Shown: in pieces, positions 1-11,032 of the stretch
Numbering within the stretch: position 1 is the first letter of the stretch
Layout of the letters: the number at the start of each line of letters is the position of its first letter
DNA from: a virus
Taxonomy: Duplodnaviria > Caudoviricetes
Virus record (IMG/VR): IMGVR_UViG_3300020413_000070
Coordinates: 1 to 25,712 of that record
Direction: 5' to 3' (one strand)
DNA length: 25,712 nucleotides
Program-made: the position numbers and the translations under genes
The notes under the pieces: generated by a model
Database searches by the model: none
Told to the model about the DNA's origin: nothing
What the model saw: only the letters and a program-made list of their open reading frames with translations

Positions 1-8
1 ACTAAGTA

Positions 9-449
9 ATGTCTAGAGTTTTTTCACAAGAAGATGGTAGTATTGATACAGCATCGATAATTACTAGTCGAAAGAAAGTCTATAAAGATATAGATCTTAC
101 TTTTGCTGCGAGAACGATGGGTGATGTTTTTAAGAAAACAGATGCTGCATCAGTTAAACAAGCTGTAAAAAATATATTATTAACTAATCATTTCGAAAAA
201 CCTTTTACCCCTTTCTTTGGAGGTAATTTACACGCTTTCTTATTTGAAAATATTGAAGATTTAGATGAAATGGAAATTATGGATCATGTAAGTGCTGCAA
301 TAAACAATTATGAACCAAGAGCAATTATAAGATCTTTAAAAGCTAATGCGCGACCTGATTATAATTCTATAGAATTAATTATAAGATTCCAAATTATTAA
401 CACATTTGAAAACGTAGAATTAAACGTAGAACTTACGAGGTTAAGATAA
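9..449 (+). CDS. gp25: Baseplate wedge subunit, T4 gp25-like
   Basis: 146 aa with YKDIDLTF...DAASVKQAVKNILLTN..EKPF.P.FG..L...LFE and INNYEPRA, typical of the gp25/GPW family; stop overlaps the gp6 start (TAATG). Confidence 0.92.
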   Translation: MSRVFSQEDGSIDTASIITSRKKVYKDIDLTFAARTMGDVFKKTDAASVKQAVKNILLTNHFEKPFTPFFGGNLHAFLFENIEDLDEMEIMDHVSAAINNYEPRAIIRSLKANARPDYNSIELIIRFQIINTFENVELNVELTRLR

Positions 450-2299
450 TGGCTACAACAATAAAATCATCCGATTTAGATTTTAATACGATTAAAGCAA
501 ATTTAAAAAGTTATTTTGCACAACAAACAGAATTTGCAGATTATGATTTCGAAGCCTCGGGTTTAAGTAATATATTAGATGTTCTTGCATATAATACACA
601 TATTAATGGATTAACAGCAAACTTTGCATTAAATGAAGCATTTTTAAATACCGCGCAATTAAGATCATCTGTATTATCGCATGCAGCAAATTTAGGTTAT
701 TATCCAAGATCGAATACCTGTTCTCAAGCAGTTGTTACTGTAACTGCAAATACTAGTGATACTATTACTGGAAGTGCTTCTCTTCCAAGATTCAGTTCCT
801 TTACATCATCAATTGACGACGTTACTTATACTTTTAGTACTATAAGTGAAACAAGTGCATTGAATGATGGATCAGGAGGATTTACATTTAAAAATCCAGA
901 TGGAACAAGTAGCATTGTCATTAAAGAAGGCGTACAAAAAACTAAAACATTTTTAGTAGGTAATCAATCTGATAATGCAGTTTATGTTATACCTGATACA
1001 AACGTAGATACTTCAACATTAGTAGTTAGAGTATTCGATAATGTAAATTCACAAAGTTTTACTGAATTTGCAGATATTCGTAATGCTGTTAATATAACAC
1101 CAACATCAAAAGTTTACATCGTAAGAGAAGCACCTAATGGATTTTATGAACTCATATTCAGTGAAGGTAATGTATTAGGACAAGCACCTATTGCAGGAAA
1201 TCAAATTATTGCAACGTACTTATCTACAAAAGGTGCTACTGCAAATAATGCATCTTCATTTACCGGAGCAAATTCAATATCTATAGGTGGTACAACTTAT
1301 AATTTAACTGTTACAAAAGTTTCAAATTCTGCAGGTGGTGCCGATAAAGAATCTCTTGATTCAATAAAACTAAATGCGCCAACTGCGTTTGCTGCACAAC
1401 AAAGAATGGTTACAGCAGAAGATTATAAAACATTAATTATTGGAAGATATAATAATGTTTTAGATGACGTTATTGCTTGGGGTGGTCAAGATAACATTCC
1501 TGCTACATTTGGTAATGTGTATGTAAGTTTAAAATTTAAAACTGCTATAGCCTCTAATATCCAACAAGAAACAAAAGATTCTATTAAATCAAACTTTGCA
1601 GCCAATTTATCTGTAATGTCAATTGATACCGTTTTTGTTGATCCTACCGAAACTCATATGGAAGTCAATGTTAAATTTGATTTTGATCCTGATTTAAGTG
1701 GTGATACCGTAAACTCTACGCAAATTCTAATTAAAAATAAAGTCGGTGAATTTTTTACAGCTAACTTAGGATTGTTTGGAAGAACATTTCGAAGATCTGC
1801 ATTATTAACAGAACTTGATGCATTATCACCAGCAATTTTAAATAGTAGTGCAACTGTTAATCTACAAAGAAGAATATCGGCACCTACAGATTTTCAATTT
1901 AATGTTTCAGCGCCGGTATCAGTAGAATTTCCTGCAAGACTTGCATTGCCAGACGATGAATTACATATCATTAATTCGTCAATATTTACATTTAACGGAG
2001 TATTAGCAAGATTGCGTAATAAACTTAGCTCAACAACATTAGAAATTGTCGATGTTAATACAAGCGGAATACTTAATGAAAATGCCGGAAGCTATGATCG
2101 TTTAAATGGTACAGTTCGTTTAGATGATACATTTAACATTAGTGCACACGAAGGAGCATTTATAAAAATAAGTGCAACACCTGATAATCAAAGTACAATC
2201 AAACCATTAAGAAGTCACGTATTATTATATGATAAAGATACTTCGCTTTCTTCTGGTACCATTGATACACAAAATACATTAGCAGTAATTACAACATAA
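449..2299 (+). CDS. gp6: Baseplate wedge subunit, T4 gp6-like
   Basis: 616 aa; N-terminus LDFNTIKANLKSYF...EFADYDFEASGLSNILDVLAYNTH...EAFLNTAQLRSSVLSHA..LGY.P, plus GGADKES..SIKLNAP..FAAQQRMVTAEDY; follows gp25. Confidence 0.95.
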   Translation: MATTIKSSDLDFNTIKANLKSYFAQQTEFADYDFEASGLSNILDVLAYNTHINGLTANFALNEAFLNTAQLRSSVLSHAANLGYYPRSNTCSQAVVTVTANTSDTITGSASLPRFSSFTSSIDDVTYTFSTISETSALNDGSGGFTFKNPDGTSSIVIKEGVQKTKTFLVGNQSDNAVYVIPDTNVDTSTLVVRVFDNVNSQSFTEFADIRNAVNITPTSKVYIVREAPNGFYELIFSEGNVLGQAPIAGNQIIATYLSTKGATANNASSFTGANSISIGGTTYNLTVTKVSNSAGGADKESLDSIKLNAPTAFAAQQRMVTAEDYKTLIIGRYNNVLDDVIAWGGQDNIPATFGNVYVSLKFKTAIASNIQQETKDSIKSNFAANLSVMSIDTVFVDPTETHMEVNVKFDFDPDLSGDTVNSTQILIKNKVGEFFTANLGLFGRTFRRSALLTELDALSPAILNSSATVNLQRRISAPTDFQFNVSAPVSVEFPARLALPDDELHIINSSIFTFNGVLARLRNKLSSTTLEIVDVNTSGILNENAGSYDRLNGTVRLDDTFNISAHEGAFIKISATPDNQSTIKPLRSHVLLYDKDTSLSSGTIDTQNTLAVITT

Positions 2300-2300
2300 T

Positions 2301-3347
2301 ATGGCTCATACAGTAAAAGATTATAATCGGAAAAATATTACTTTAACAACATCTAAAGTTGGTGAAGTAGTACCGCAATATTTTGGTGAAGAAAATTCTA
2401 AACTAATTGAATTTCTAGAAAAGTATCAAGATTTTTTAGACAGCGATCAAACCGGTGGTTTTGGTTATAAGATTAAACAACTTATTCACGCAAGAGATGC
2501 AGACAGAGTCGATGCAGATGAGCTTGATTCAATCATAGAAGAAATAGGCAATGGATTAAAATCAGCATCATTCTTTCAAAAACCAAGATTAATGACTAAA
2601 TTACTTGGTGATTATTATAGAGCAAAAGGATCATTTAACTCAGCACAAGGTTTTTTTCGTGGTTTCTTTGGTTTAGAACCAGAAATTAGTTATCCTAAAA
2701 AAGATATATTTACGGTTGGTGAATCTAATATTGGATTTGAAGCTCAAAAATTTTTAGTAAACGCAGGCATTTATCAAGTCTTTTCAATATTAATTAAGTG
2801 CGGTATATCGACATTAGATTATGAAACGTTATATAAAAAGTTTGTACATCCAGCTGGATTTCATTTTGCAGGTGAAGTTATTGCGGTTGATGAAGGTATT
2901 TTAGATGTTGGTGTACCATCTGGTGAATTTCTTATTGATCCACTTGAACCTGATAGTCCTGATTTAGTTACAGTAGGTCAAGCTTTTGTAACTCCATTAA
3001 CTGGAATAAGATCTGACGGAACGGTTCAGCAAGATGTTGCACCTACTATACCATTTAGAGAAATGACTGTATTATTAGATTCTGGTGGTGATGTAACTTA
3101 TACTACAAATGATGCATATAGAGTTGATCCGTACGGTACATCGATAACAGATATTCAATTTTTAATATCAGGTAATTTAAATAAATTTTATTCTAATATT
3201 GCAGAAATACTTACGCCTAATTCATTTACATTTGATGATAGTGATACAGGCGCAACTGCAGCAAATTCTAGACCAGATTTTTCATTAACAATAGAAACTA
3301 TGGACGATGATAAGTTTACTACATATTTGAGCGATTCTGCATATTAA
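2301..3347 (+). CDS. gp7: Baseplate wedge initiator, compact T4 gp7-like protein
   Basis: 348 aa with YYRAKGS..S...FFR.FFG....ISYPK and YQVFS.LIK...KKFVHPAGFHFAGE motifs seen in gp7-like proteins of marine T4-like phages; lies between gp6 and gp8. Much shorter than T4 gp7. Confidence 0.75.
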   Translation: MAHTVKDYNRKNITLTTSKVGEVVPQYFGEENSKLIEFLEKYQDFLDSDQTGGFGYKIKQLIHARDADRVDADELDSIIEEIGNGLKSASFFQKPRLMTKLLGDYYRAKGSFNSAQGFFRGFFGLEPEISYPKKDIFTVGESNIGFEAQKFLVNAGIYQVFSILIKCGISTLDYETLYKKFVHPAGFHFAGEVIAVDEGILDVGVPSGEFLIDPLEPDSPDLVTVGQAFVTPLTGIRSDGTVQQDVAPTIPFREMTVLLDSGGDVTYTTNDAYRVDPYGTSITDIQFLISGNLNKFYSNIAEILTPNSFTFDDSDTGATAANSRPDFSLTIETMDDDKFTTYLSDSAY

Positions 3348-3351
3348 CCTT

Positions 3352-3359
3352 TATAAATA
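3352..3359 (+). promoter_or_regulatory. T4-type late promoter (gp55-dependent TATAAATA box)
   Basis: Exact TATAAATA in the 32-nt gap between the gp7 stop (3347) and the ATG at 3380. Confidence 0.8.
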
Positions 3360-3379
3360 ACATAAATTAAGAGTGAAAC

Positions 3380-3871
3380 ATGGCAAAACAAGTAATAGCA
3401 ACAGGCAGCGCAGCTAACGACGGAACCGGAGATACACTACGATCTGCCGGTACGAAGATTAATTCTAATTTTACAGAATTATACGATATGCGCGCGCGAG
3501 TAACTAAAACAGAAACTACTGCCTCAATTAGTAATAATGACCAAGATAAATTAACTTTTGCTGATAGCGATGTTGGTAAGTCATTTGTATTGCATGAGAT
3601 TAAACCAAGTGCCGCATCTTATATTAAACTTTATACTGATTCAGATTTACGTGTAGCTGATATAGGTAGAGGACAATTAGCTTCTCCGGTAGGCGAAGGT
3701 TTAATAACTGAATTTGTAACTCAAGCAGATAGCGCTATCAGATTTGCACCTGGCATAATTGGCTATACAGATTCTGATAATGTATTAGGAGTTTCAATGC
3801 AAGTTAAAAATTTAAGTGGTAGCACAACTGCAATAAGTGTTCGTTTAAAAGCGTTAAAATTAGAGATATAG
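3380..3871 (+). CDS. Small virion protein with T4 gp9/gp10-type N-terminal baseplate-anchoring motif
   Basis: N-terminus MAKQVIATGSAANDGTGDTLRSAGTKINSNFTELY closely resembles the T4 gp10/gp9 N-terminal motif (DGTGD.LR.GG.KIN.NF.ELY), followed by a ~125-aa beta-rich domain. Confidence 0.7.
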   Translation: MAKQVIATGSAANDGTGDTLRSAGTKINSNFTELYDMRARVTKTETTASISNNDQDKLTFADSDVGKSFVLHEIKPSAASYIKLYTDSDLRVADIGRGQLASPVGEGLITEFVTQADSAIRFAPGIIGYTDSDNVLGVSMQVKNLSGSTTAISVRLKALKLEI

Positions 3872-3881
3872 GAATAACACC

Positions 3882-5324
3882 ATGACTGCTATAGCAACAG
3901 AAGCTTTAAAATTTAATTTTGCTGAATTATTGCATAAAGAAATAATAAACACGACTGATAGTAATCATTTCTATATTGGTATCGGTAAAAGTGATCAATA
4001 TGATAGTGCTTCTGATAACACAGTAGATCCAGTAAGAGTAAGAAGAGATGAGCAAGAAGCTCGATATAATTTAGAATCAATCATTAAAGTTTCTGAAACC
4101 GCAATGACTTTTAGTATTCCAAGAAATAATTGGATAAGTGGTACAATATATTCTGCATATAACGATAACCAAGTTGGATATCCAACTCAACCTTATTACG
4201 TAATTACTGAAGATCAACAAATTTATATTTGTTTAGCAAACAATCGTAATACTTCTGGTGTTGCACAACCATCTACAATAAAACCAAGTTTTGCTACTGA
4301 AGGTGTAGGAAATCATCAATCGTTTAAAACAGCTGATGGTTATATTTGGAAATATCTATATGAACTTTCAGTGGTTAAAGTTGCAGCATTTTTATCTTCT
4401 AATTTTATGCCAGTCGGAGTTTTTGATTCATCTACTGCGAGTGGTGCGGCTGAACAAGATCAAGCTAAAATAAGAAAAACTTCAGTGCCTGGTCAAATTA
4501 TTGGTGTTGAAGTCGTAGATCCGGGTGCTGGTTATTCAAGTACACCAACATTAAATTTTATCGGAAATGGAACAGGTGCTGCTGGTACGGTCACTCTTAA
4601 CGGTACGACCGTAGGAAAGATTGATATGAATTGTGTGATAAGTGATTCTGGATTTGGTTCAGGATATGATTTCGCACGTGCACAATTATCAGGTGGTGGT
4701 ACGCCAAGTAAACCAGCAGTTTTACGTCCTATACTTGGCCCGACAAAGGGATTTGGTTTTGACGCAAGAAAAGATTTAAAATCATCTTCCTTAATGTTTA
4801 ACGCTAAACCCGCAGGAGCTCAAAATAATAACTTTTCAATAACAACTACCGGTACGTTTGGTGGGCAATCTGATTTTAGACAGATAACATTATTTAAAAA
4901 TATAGATTTTATTGATAGTGCAACTGCAGGAAATAGAGTTCAAGTAACAGATGCAAGAGCAAATCGAATTGTAACATTAACAACTAAACCGGCTTTTGTT
5001 AAAGACGAAAAAATAATAGGACAAACAAGCGGTACTGTAGCTCATATTGATCACATAGATAGTACAGGCGGTGGAGCTTTACAGATTCATTATCATTTTA
5101 ATCATAGATCAGATTTTAGACACGGTACATTTTCAGGTTCAGAAGTTCTTCAAGGAAATACATCTGGTGTTTTTGGAACAGTAGATTCTGATAGTCAACC
5201 TAAAATAGCGAATTTAGGAGCTATTAATAGATTTAGTGGTGACGTGCTGTATATTGATAATAGATCGAGAATTATAAGATCTGCTTCACAAACTGAAGAT
5301 ATAAAAATTGTACTTACAATATAG
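3882..5324 (+). CDS. gp8: Baseplate wedge subunit, T4 gp8-like
   Basis: 480 aa; IPRNNW.SG..Y, YYVIT....YICL.N, TADGYIWKYLY, and C-terminal SGDVLYIDNRSRIIRSASQTEDIKIVL. Confidence 0.9.
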   Translation: MTAIATEALKFNFAELLHKEIINTTDSNHFYIGIGKSDQYDSASDNTVDPVRVRRDEQEARYNLESIIKVSETAMTFSIPRNNWISGTIYSAYNDNQVGYPTQPYYVITEDQQIYICLANNRNTSGVAQPSTIKPSFATEGVGNHQSFKTADGYIWKYLYELSVVKVAAFLSSNFMPVGVFDSSTASGAAEQDQAKIRKTSVPGQIIGVEVVDPGAGYSSTPTLNFIGNGTGAAGTVTLNGTTVGKIDMNCVISDSGFGSGYDFARAQLSGGGTPSKPAVLRPILGPTKGFGFDARKDLKSSSLMFNAKPAGAQNNNFSITTTGTFGGQSDFRQITLFKNIDFIDSATAGNRVQVTDARANRIVTLTTKPAFVKDEKIIGQTSGTVAHIDHIDSTGGGALQIHYHFNHRSDFRHGTFSGSEVLQGNTSGVFGTVDSDSQPKIANLGAINRFSGDVLYIDNRSRIIRSASQTEDIKIVLTI

Positions 5325-5336
5325 TAGAGATAAAAA

Positions 5337-8300
5337 ATGGCAACAAATCTTTCAAATGTAACTTTCAGCAACGTTTACAAAGACGATTTTGCAGACAGTG
5401 ATAATTTTCACAGAATACTATTTAATAGTGGTAAAGCATTACAAGCTCGTGAGCTTACGCAAATGCAAACTATTATTCAAAAAGAAATCGAAAGATTTGG
5501 CTCAAATATTTTTAGACAAGGTGGAGCAGTTACTGGCGGTGGTTTAACAATTGATAATAAAGTCGAATTTGTTAACTTAGCTACAAATCAATTACCATCA
5601 ACTCCGTCAACGCTTGTTGGAAAATATTATAAAGATAGTACAAACAATCTTATTATTAGAATTAAAGAAGTTTTAGTAGCAAATGCATCAACTTCAGATA
5701 TTGCTATTGGTAGTGGAAGTGCAGTTAATCATAATGTTGATACATTAATTATAGAATATGTAAGCACAAGTTCAGGTACGGCTGGATCAGCACCAGTAAG
5801 ATTGCAAGCAAGTAATATGTTACAAAGAATAGTTGCAGCTAATGATTCAACTTTGTTTAATGATGCTGTTAATTATCCGGATATGGCAGTAACGGCTGGT
5901 CATCCAAGCACAGGACAAAACATATCTGGTTTAGGATTAAAGGCAAATATCGATAAAGGTAGTTTCTTTGTACAAGGACATTTTGTATTTTGTAAAGCTC
6001 AAACAGTTACAATACAAAGATTTTCACCAATACCTAATACAATATTAGGATTTCAAATAGCTGAACAAATTATTAATACTGATGATGATACGTCTTTATT
6101 TGATAATCAAGGTGCATCACCCAATTTATCATCACCCGGTGCAGATAGATATCGAATACAATTAACTCTTACAACAAAAGTTCTTGCTGGTAGTAATAAT
6201 TTTATATACTTAGCAAATATTGTAAATGGTAAACTTTCTGATGAAGTTAATTTAGATAATTCATATAAACAATTACAAGAAGTATTGGCTCTTCGAACAA
6301 AAGAGGAATCAGGTAATTATATTGTAAAAAGATTTGATTTAAATCCGAGTTCAATAACTTCTACAAAAGTCAATTATAATATATCAGATGGCATTGCGTA
6401 TGTCGACGGTTACAGATTAGATTTAGATGCAAAAAGTGTCGAAGTCGATAGACCGACTACAACTCAAGAAGTTGATGGTGAATTAATTAGTACTAATTTA
6501 GGTAATTACGTTGTAGTTGCCGGTGATCACTCAAGTGATTCTGCTAGTTTAGAAAACAACAATATACCAGATATATCTAATTTTCAAAAATTAAATTTAT
6601 ATGCAGCGTTTTCTGCAGGACAAGGAACAGCCGGTGGTAATACTGCTGATCATGCAGCATTAGTTATTGGATCAGCTCGTTGTCGTGGACTTTATAGAGA
6701 AACAACTGGTAGATATCGAATGCATTTATTTGATGTTCGAATGAAAGTTGGTCAATCATTTTCTTTTGTAAGAAGTATTGGTAGAGATCAAACAAATTTC
6801 ATGAATGTTGTTTTAGAAGGCGATCAAGCTGTTCTTAAAAATACTATTAATAATGATTTGTTATTTTCACTTCCAAAAAATAGACCACAGTTTGATGGCA
6901 TCACTGGTTCATCGATGATTGTACAAAGAAAATTTACTTTCACAACATCGGCCGGACTAACTTCTATTTCTGGTACAAACGGCGGTGGGTTACCTGCTGG
7001 TTGTGATGCATTCTTTGGTGGATCAAGTTGGGTAGTATCAGAAGTTGGAGAAGGAATCGTTGAAGGCGCAGTTTGTTCAGTTGAAGCAGGTAATGTTACT
7101 TTTGCAGTTACTGGCTTACCTGTTGGATCTAAAACATTTAATGTGCTTGCGCAAGTTCAAATGAGTGGATCTACATCAGTAGCAGAAAGAACAAAAACAT
7201 TAAAAGAGACTACAATAACTCGAGGTGCAACTTCTGATTCAGATGGTCGTGGATTTAAATTTATAAGTTTAGATAAACCTGATATTTTTGCAATCAAATC
7301 AGTTAAAGAAACAGATTCAAATGGTGTAGACATATCTGGTAATTTTGAATTAGATAACGGTCAAAGAGATAACTATTATGGTATCGGAAGATTGTTACCT
7401 AAAAAGAATGTAGATATGCCAGCTGCCAATGTATTTGTAAGATATCAGTATTTTGAGCATGAAGCTTCTGTGACTGGTGTTGGTGGACAAAAATGTTATT
7501 TTAGTGCTACTTCTTATAAGAATAACTCAAATGCAGTAGGTTCATTAGATGGCACCGGTGTAACATATGAAACAATACCTGATTATACAAAAGGTAATGG
7601 ACAAAAAGTTAATTTAAGAGATGTTTTAGATTTTAGACCGGTAGGTGTACTACAACATGATTTTGATTCGGCCGGTGATACATTAAAAGCAAATGGTCAT
7701 CATAATATTACATTTGATTCAAATGGTCCAGATGTTGCTGGTACAGTACCATTAATTCATTTATTACCACAACCCGGTGGAACAGTTCAAGCAAATGTAA
7801 CATATTTTTTAGGAAGAAAAGATCGTTTAGTTGCAAGCTCTTCAAATCTTAGAGGTGGAAGATCTGCAACTGGATCTGTTGATTATATACAGGGTTTACC
7901 AAGCTTTGATCCTGAATTACCACATCTTCCAAACGGAGCTATGCCGCTTTATAATATTAATTTAGGTGGAAATACTATTAATACAAAAGACATTACTACA
8001 GAGCCATACGCAAATAAAAGATTTCAAATGGCTGACATTGCAAGATTAGAAAGAAGAATTGATAATTTAGATGAAGTTACATCATTAAGTTTATTAGAAT
8101 TAAATACATCAACACTTAACGTTGTTGATTCTGCTGGTAATTCAAGAGTTAAGTCTGGATTTTTAGTAGATAATTTTAGAGATTATTCATTTACAGATAT
8201 TACTAATAATCAACAAAGAGCAAGTATTGATCCGCAAGCTGGTTATTTGACGCCATTAGTTATATCTAAAGTTAATAGATTATTATATGATTCGGATGAT

Positions 8301-10808
8301 GCTCAAAGTAATGCTGCTCTTCGCGGAGATAACTTATACTTATCAATGTCAGATTCTGCAGTAGAATATATCAATCAAAATCTTGCAACTACTACAGAAA
8401 ATATTAATCCATTTGCAGTTATCAGATCTAATGGTCATATCGAATTATCACCTTCTACAGATACATGGGTAGAAACACAATTTGCTGCGTCTGAAGTTAA
8501 TGGCGGTGGAACTGTAACTCAAACAGTACCAACACAAATTCAGTTTGGAAGTTTAGCCTCTTTTAGAGATAACTGGATTGGTCAACCAACTGCATGGAAT
8601 GTTGGAGAAACATCAGTAGCAGCAGCTGGTAGAAGAAGAGATTTTTCTAGAACAAATACAAGAAGTGTTACAATTAGTGGAGGATTTGATACAGTAACTA
8701 CACAAGTTGGTGAAAGAGTATTAAGTGTTTCAATATTACCATTTATGAGATCAATTAAAGTATATTTTAGAGCTCAAGGTTTAAGAAGAAAAACAAGGCA
8801 CTTTCCATATTTTGGTAATTCATCAATTGATAACTTTACAAGACAAGAATCATTTGCTCGATATTCTACAAGAACAGATGCTGGCGCAGTAAGTGCTGGT
8901 GCCACTGCTCACCCAGATGGTTCAACAAATCTTACTTCTGATAGTAATGGAACTATTACGGGTTCATTTATTATTCCAAGCAATAATACATTACAGTTTA
9001 ATACGGGTACGCAACAATTTAAATTATTAGATATTAGTGGTGGTATAGATTCAAATTCTATATCTTCGGCCAATACATCTTTTACTGCGGCCGGTACATT
9101 AGAAACAAGACAAAGAATATTTACTTCAACACGTGTTGAAAGAGTTCAAACTATTGTTGAAGAAGCAACTTCGTCTTGGACAAATTGGGTTGATCCATTA
9201 GCTCAATCTTTCTTAGTTGATCCTATCGATAATCCAAATGGTGTATTCATAACTAAAGTAAAGATTTATTTTGCAACAAAAGATGATAATCATGGTGTGC
9301 CTGTTCAGTGTCAGATAAGACCAATGGAAAATGGAGTTCCTGTAAATCAACCTTTACCGCAAGCTGTTAAGTTTGTAGAACCTGCTAATGTTAATGCAAC
9401 CGCTTTAAGTGGTGCAACAATGGGTGGTGTACAAGGTGCGGGAACTGATTTTAAATTTGATGAACCAATTTACTTGGCTCCTGGTGAAGAATATGCGATT
9501 GTTCTTCTTGCAGAATCAACAGCTTATACAGTTTACGTGGCAGAAACTTATGAGTTTGTTGTTGGTACAACTGCACAAAGAATAGCTAAACAACCTACTC
9601 TCGGTTCATTGTTTTTATCACAAAATGGTTCAACATGGACACCTGAACAAAGTAAAGATTTAATGTTTACTTTATTTAGAGCAGATTTTAATACAAGCAG
9701 TTCAGCAATATTAAATAACGCTACTCCATCAACTGAAAAACTTGCAACTAACCCTATGCAAACTACTAGTGGTAATAATAATATAAGAGTATTTCATACA
9801 GGACATGGTTTTAACACAGGAGATAAAGTTACAATAAGTGGAGTAACTGATGCAATTGCAACTGTATCAGCTTCTATTATAAACGGAAATAGAACTATTT
9901 CAGAAGTAGATCATACAGGATATACCTTTACGGTTGGTTCTAATCCGAACGCAAACGTAAGAGGCGGAGGCGCGAATGTAGTTGTTACTGCTAATACTGT
10001 TTTAAATACATTTTTACCTCAAATTCGAAATTTACAAATACGAAATACTTCAATTACAGCTCAAGCTAAATTAACACTTGGAAGATCCTTTGGCGGAGCA
10101 CCTAATTCTTTAGGAAGTCAAACCAGTAGAACTAATGGTAGTCATGGATATTCAAAGGAAACCAGCTTTTCTGATATTATTTTAAATGAATTTAATTATA
10201 CAGATATGTCAAGATATATCCTTACAGATTCAAATGCAGCGCCGGCGCAACATCTAAGTGGTGCAAAGTCCGCAACTATTAAATTAAATTTGGCTACAAA
10301 TGATACAAAAGTTTCTCCTGTTATTGATTTACAAAGAGCAAACTTAGTTGGATTTGAAAATTTAATTGATAAACAACATTCAAGTACTAATGCCACTTTA
10401 GGCGTTAAACCTATATTAACTTCTTTTACTGATGAAATTGAACCTACTGATGGTACACACGCTGCTAAACATTTAACAAGACCGGTTAACTTAGAAGAGT
10501 CAGCAGTTGGATTAAAAATATTATTTGCGGCTAATAGACCTGCTGCTTGTGAATTTAAAGTTTATTTTAGAACAGCTACTTCAGATGAAGATTTATCTAC
10601 TCAAGCATTTATATTACAGCCAGAATTTAGTAATAATCCAGCTGATGATGATAATCAAACCTTTAGAGAATACGAATATCTACCAGGTGGACAAATTGGT
10701 AATTTAGATGCATTTACAAAATTTCAAATTAAGATTGTTATGAGATCAACAAATCAATCTAAGATACCAACATTAAAAGATCTTAGAGTGATTGCGATGG
10801 TGACATAA
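5337..10808 (+). CDS. vrlC: Large virion structural protein, VrlC-like (DUF4815)
   Basis: 1823 aa; YKDDF....NFHRILFNSGKALQARELTQMQTIIQ, LFDNQG..N...PGADRYRI, RTKEESGNY.V, KSGFLVDNF, DPLAQSF, GSLFLSQNGSTWT, and C-terminal FQIKIVM....P..KDLRVIA. Position after gp8 is typical of marine T4-like phages. Confidence 0.85.
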   Translation: MATNLSNVTFSNVYKDDFADSDNFHRILFNSGKALQARELTQMQTIIQKEIERFGSNIFRQGGAVTGGGLTIDNKVEFVNLATNQLPSTPSTLVGKYYKDSTNNLIIRIKEVLVANASTSDIAIGSGSAVNHNVDTLIIEYVSTSSGTAGSAPVRLQASNMLQRIVAANDSTLFNDAVNYPDMAVTAGHPSTGQNISGLGLKANIDKGSFFVQGHFVFCKAQTVTIQRFSPIPNTILGFQIAEQIINTDDDTSLFDNQGASPNLSSPGADRYRIQLTLTTKVLAGSNNFIYLANIVNGKLSDEVNLDNSYKQLQEVLALRTKEESGNYIVKRFDLNPSSITSTKVNYNISDGIAYVDGYRLDLDAKSVEVDRPTTTQEVDGELISTNLGNYVVVAGDHSSDSASLENNNIPDISNFQKLNLYAAFSAGQGTAGGNTADHAALVIGSARCRGLYRETTGRYRMHLFDVRMKVGQSFSFVRSIGRDQTNFMNVVLEGDQAVLKNTINNDLLFSLPKNRPQFDGITGSSMIVQRKFTFTTSAGLTSISGTNGGGLPAGCDAFFGGSSWVVSEVGEGIVEGAVCSVEAGNVTFAVTGLPVGSKTFNVLAQVQMSGSTSVAERTKTLKETTITRGATSDSDGRGFKFISLDKPDIFAIKSVKETDSNGVDISGNFELDNGQRDNYYGIGRLLPKKNVDMPAANVFVRYQYFEHEASVTGVGGQKCYFSATSYKNNSNAVGSLDGTGVTYETIPDYTKGNGQKVNLRDVLDFRPVGVLQHDFDSAGDTLKANGHHNITFDSNGPDVAGTVPLIHLLPQPGGTVQANVTYFLGRKDRLVASSSNLRGGRSATGSVDYIQGLPSFDPELPHLPNGAMPLYNINLGGNTINTKDITTEPYANKRFQMADIARLERRIDNLDEVTSLSLLELNTSTLNVVDSAGNSRVKSGFLVDNFRDYSFTDITNNQQRASIDPQAGYLTPLVISKVNRLLYDSDDAQSNAALRGDNLYLSMSDSAVEYINQNLATTTENINPFAVIRSNGHIELSPSTDTWVETQFAASEVNGGGTVTQTVPTQIQFGSLASFRDNWIGQPTAWNVGETSVAAAGRRRDFSRTNTRSVTISGGFDTVTTQVGERVLSVSILPFMRSIKVYFRAQGLRRKTRHFPYFGNSSIDNFTRQESFARYSTRTDAGAVSAGATAHPDGSTNLTSDSNGTITGSFIIPSNNTLQFNTGTQQFKLLDISGGIDSNSISSANTSFTAAGTLETRQRIFTSTRVERVQTIVEEATSSWTNWVDPLAQSFLVDPIDNPNGVFITKVKIYFATKDDNHGVPVQCQIRPMENGVPVNQPLPQAVKFVEPANVNATALSGATMGGVQGAGTDFKFDEPIYLAPGEEYAIVLLAESTAYTVYVAETYEFVVGTTAQRIAKQPTLGSLFLSQNGSTWTPEQSKDLMFTLFRADFNTSSSAILNNATPSTEKLATNPMQTTSGNNNIRVFHTGHGFNTGDKVTISGVTDAIATVSASIINGNRTISEVDHTGYTFTVGSNPNANVRGGGANVVVTANTVLNTFLPQIRNLQIRNTSITAQAKLTLGRSFGGAPNSLGSQTSRTNGSHGYSKETSFSDIILNEFNYTDMSRYILTDSNAAPAQHLSGAKSATIKLNLATNDTKVSPVIDLQRANLVGFENLIDKQHSSTNATLGVKPILTSFTDEIEPTDGTHAAKHLTRPVNLEESAVGLKILFAANRPAACEFKVYFRTATSDEDLSTQAFILQPEFSNNPADDDNQTFREYEYLPGGQIGNLDAFTKFQIKIVMRSTNQSKIPTLKDLRVIAMVT

Positions 10809-11032
10809 TGAGTGGTTATGTAAAAGTTGAAGGGCATTCATATCTTATGAGAGATGGTCAATCCGGAGCGATAATAAATACAAATATTAATGAAATGACA
10901 CAAGCGCGTATAAGAAAAGCTCAGCAGAAAAAACAACAAAATGAAATAAAAGAATTAAGAAGTGAACTTCAAGAAATGAAACAACTTTTAAATAAAATGA
11001 TAGAGGTTAATGATGGCCGTCACAACAGTTAA
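10808..11032 (+). CDS. Small conserved hypothetical protein with C-terminal coiled coil
   Basis: 74 aa, VKVEGH..L.RD..SGAIINT then heptad-like EIKELRSELQEMKQLL; coupled to the VrlC stop by TAATG. Similar small ORFs follow VrlC in T4-like marine phages (recollection). Confidence 0.75.
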   Translation: MSGYVKVEGHSYLMRDGQSGAIINTNINEMTQARIRKAQQKKQQNEIKELRSELQEMKQLLNKMIEVNDGRHNS

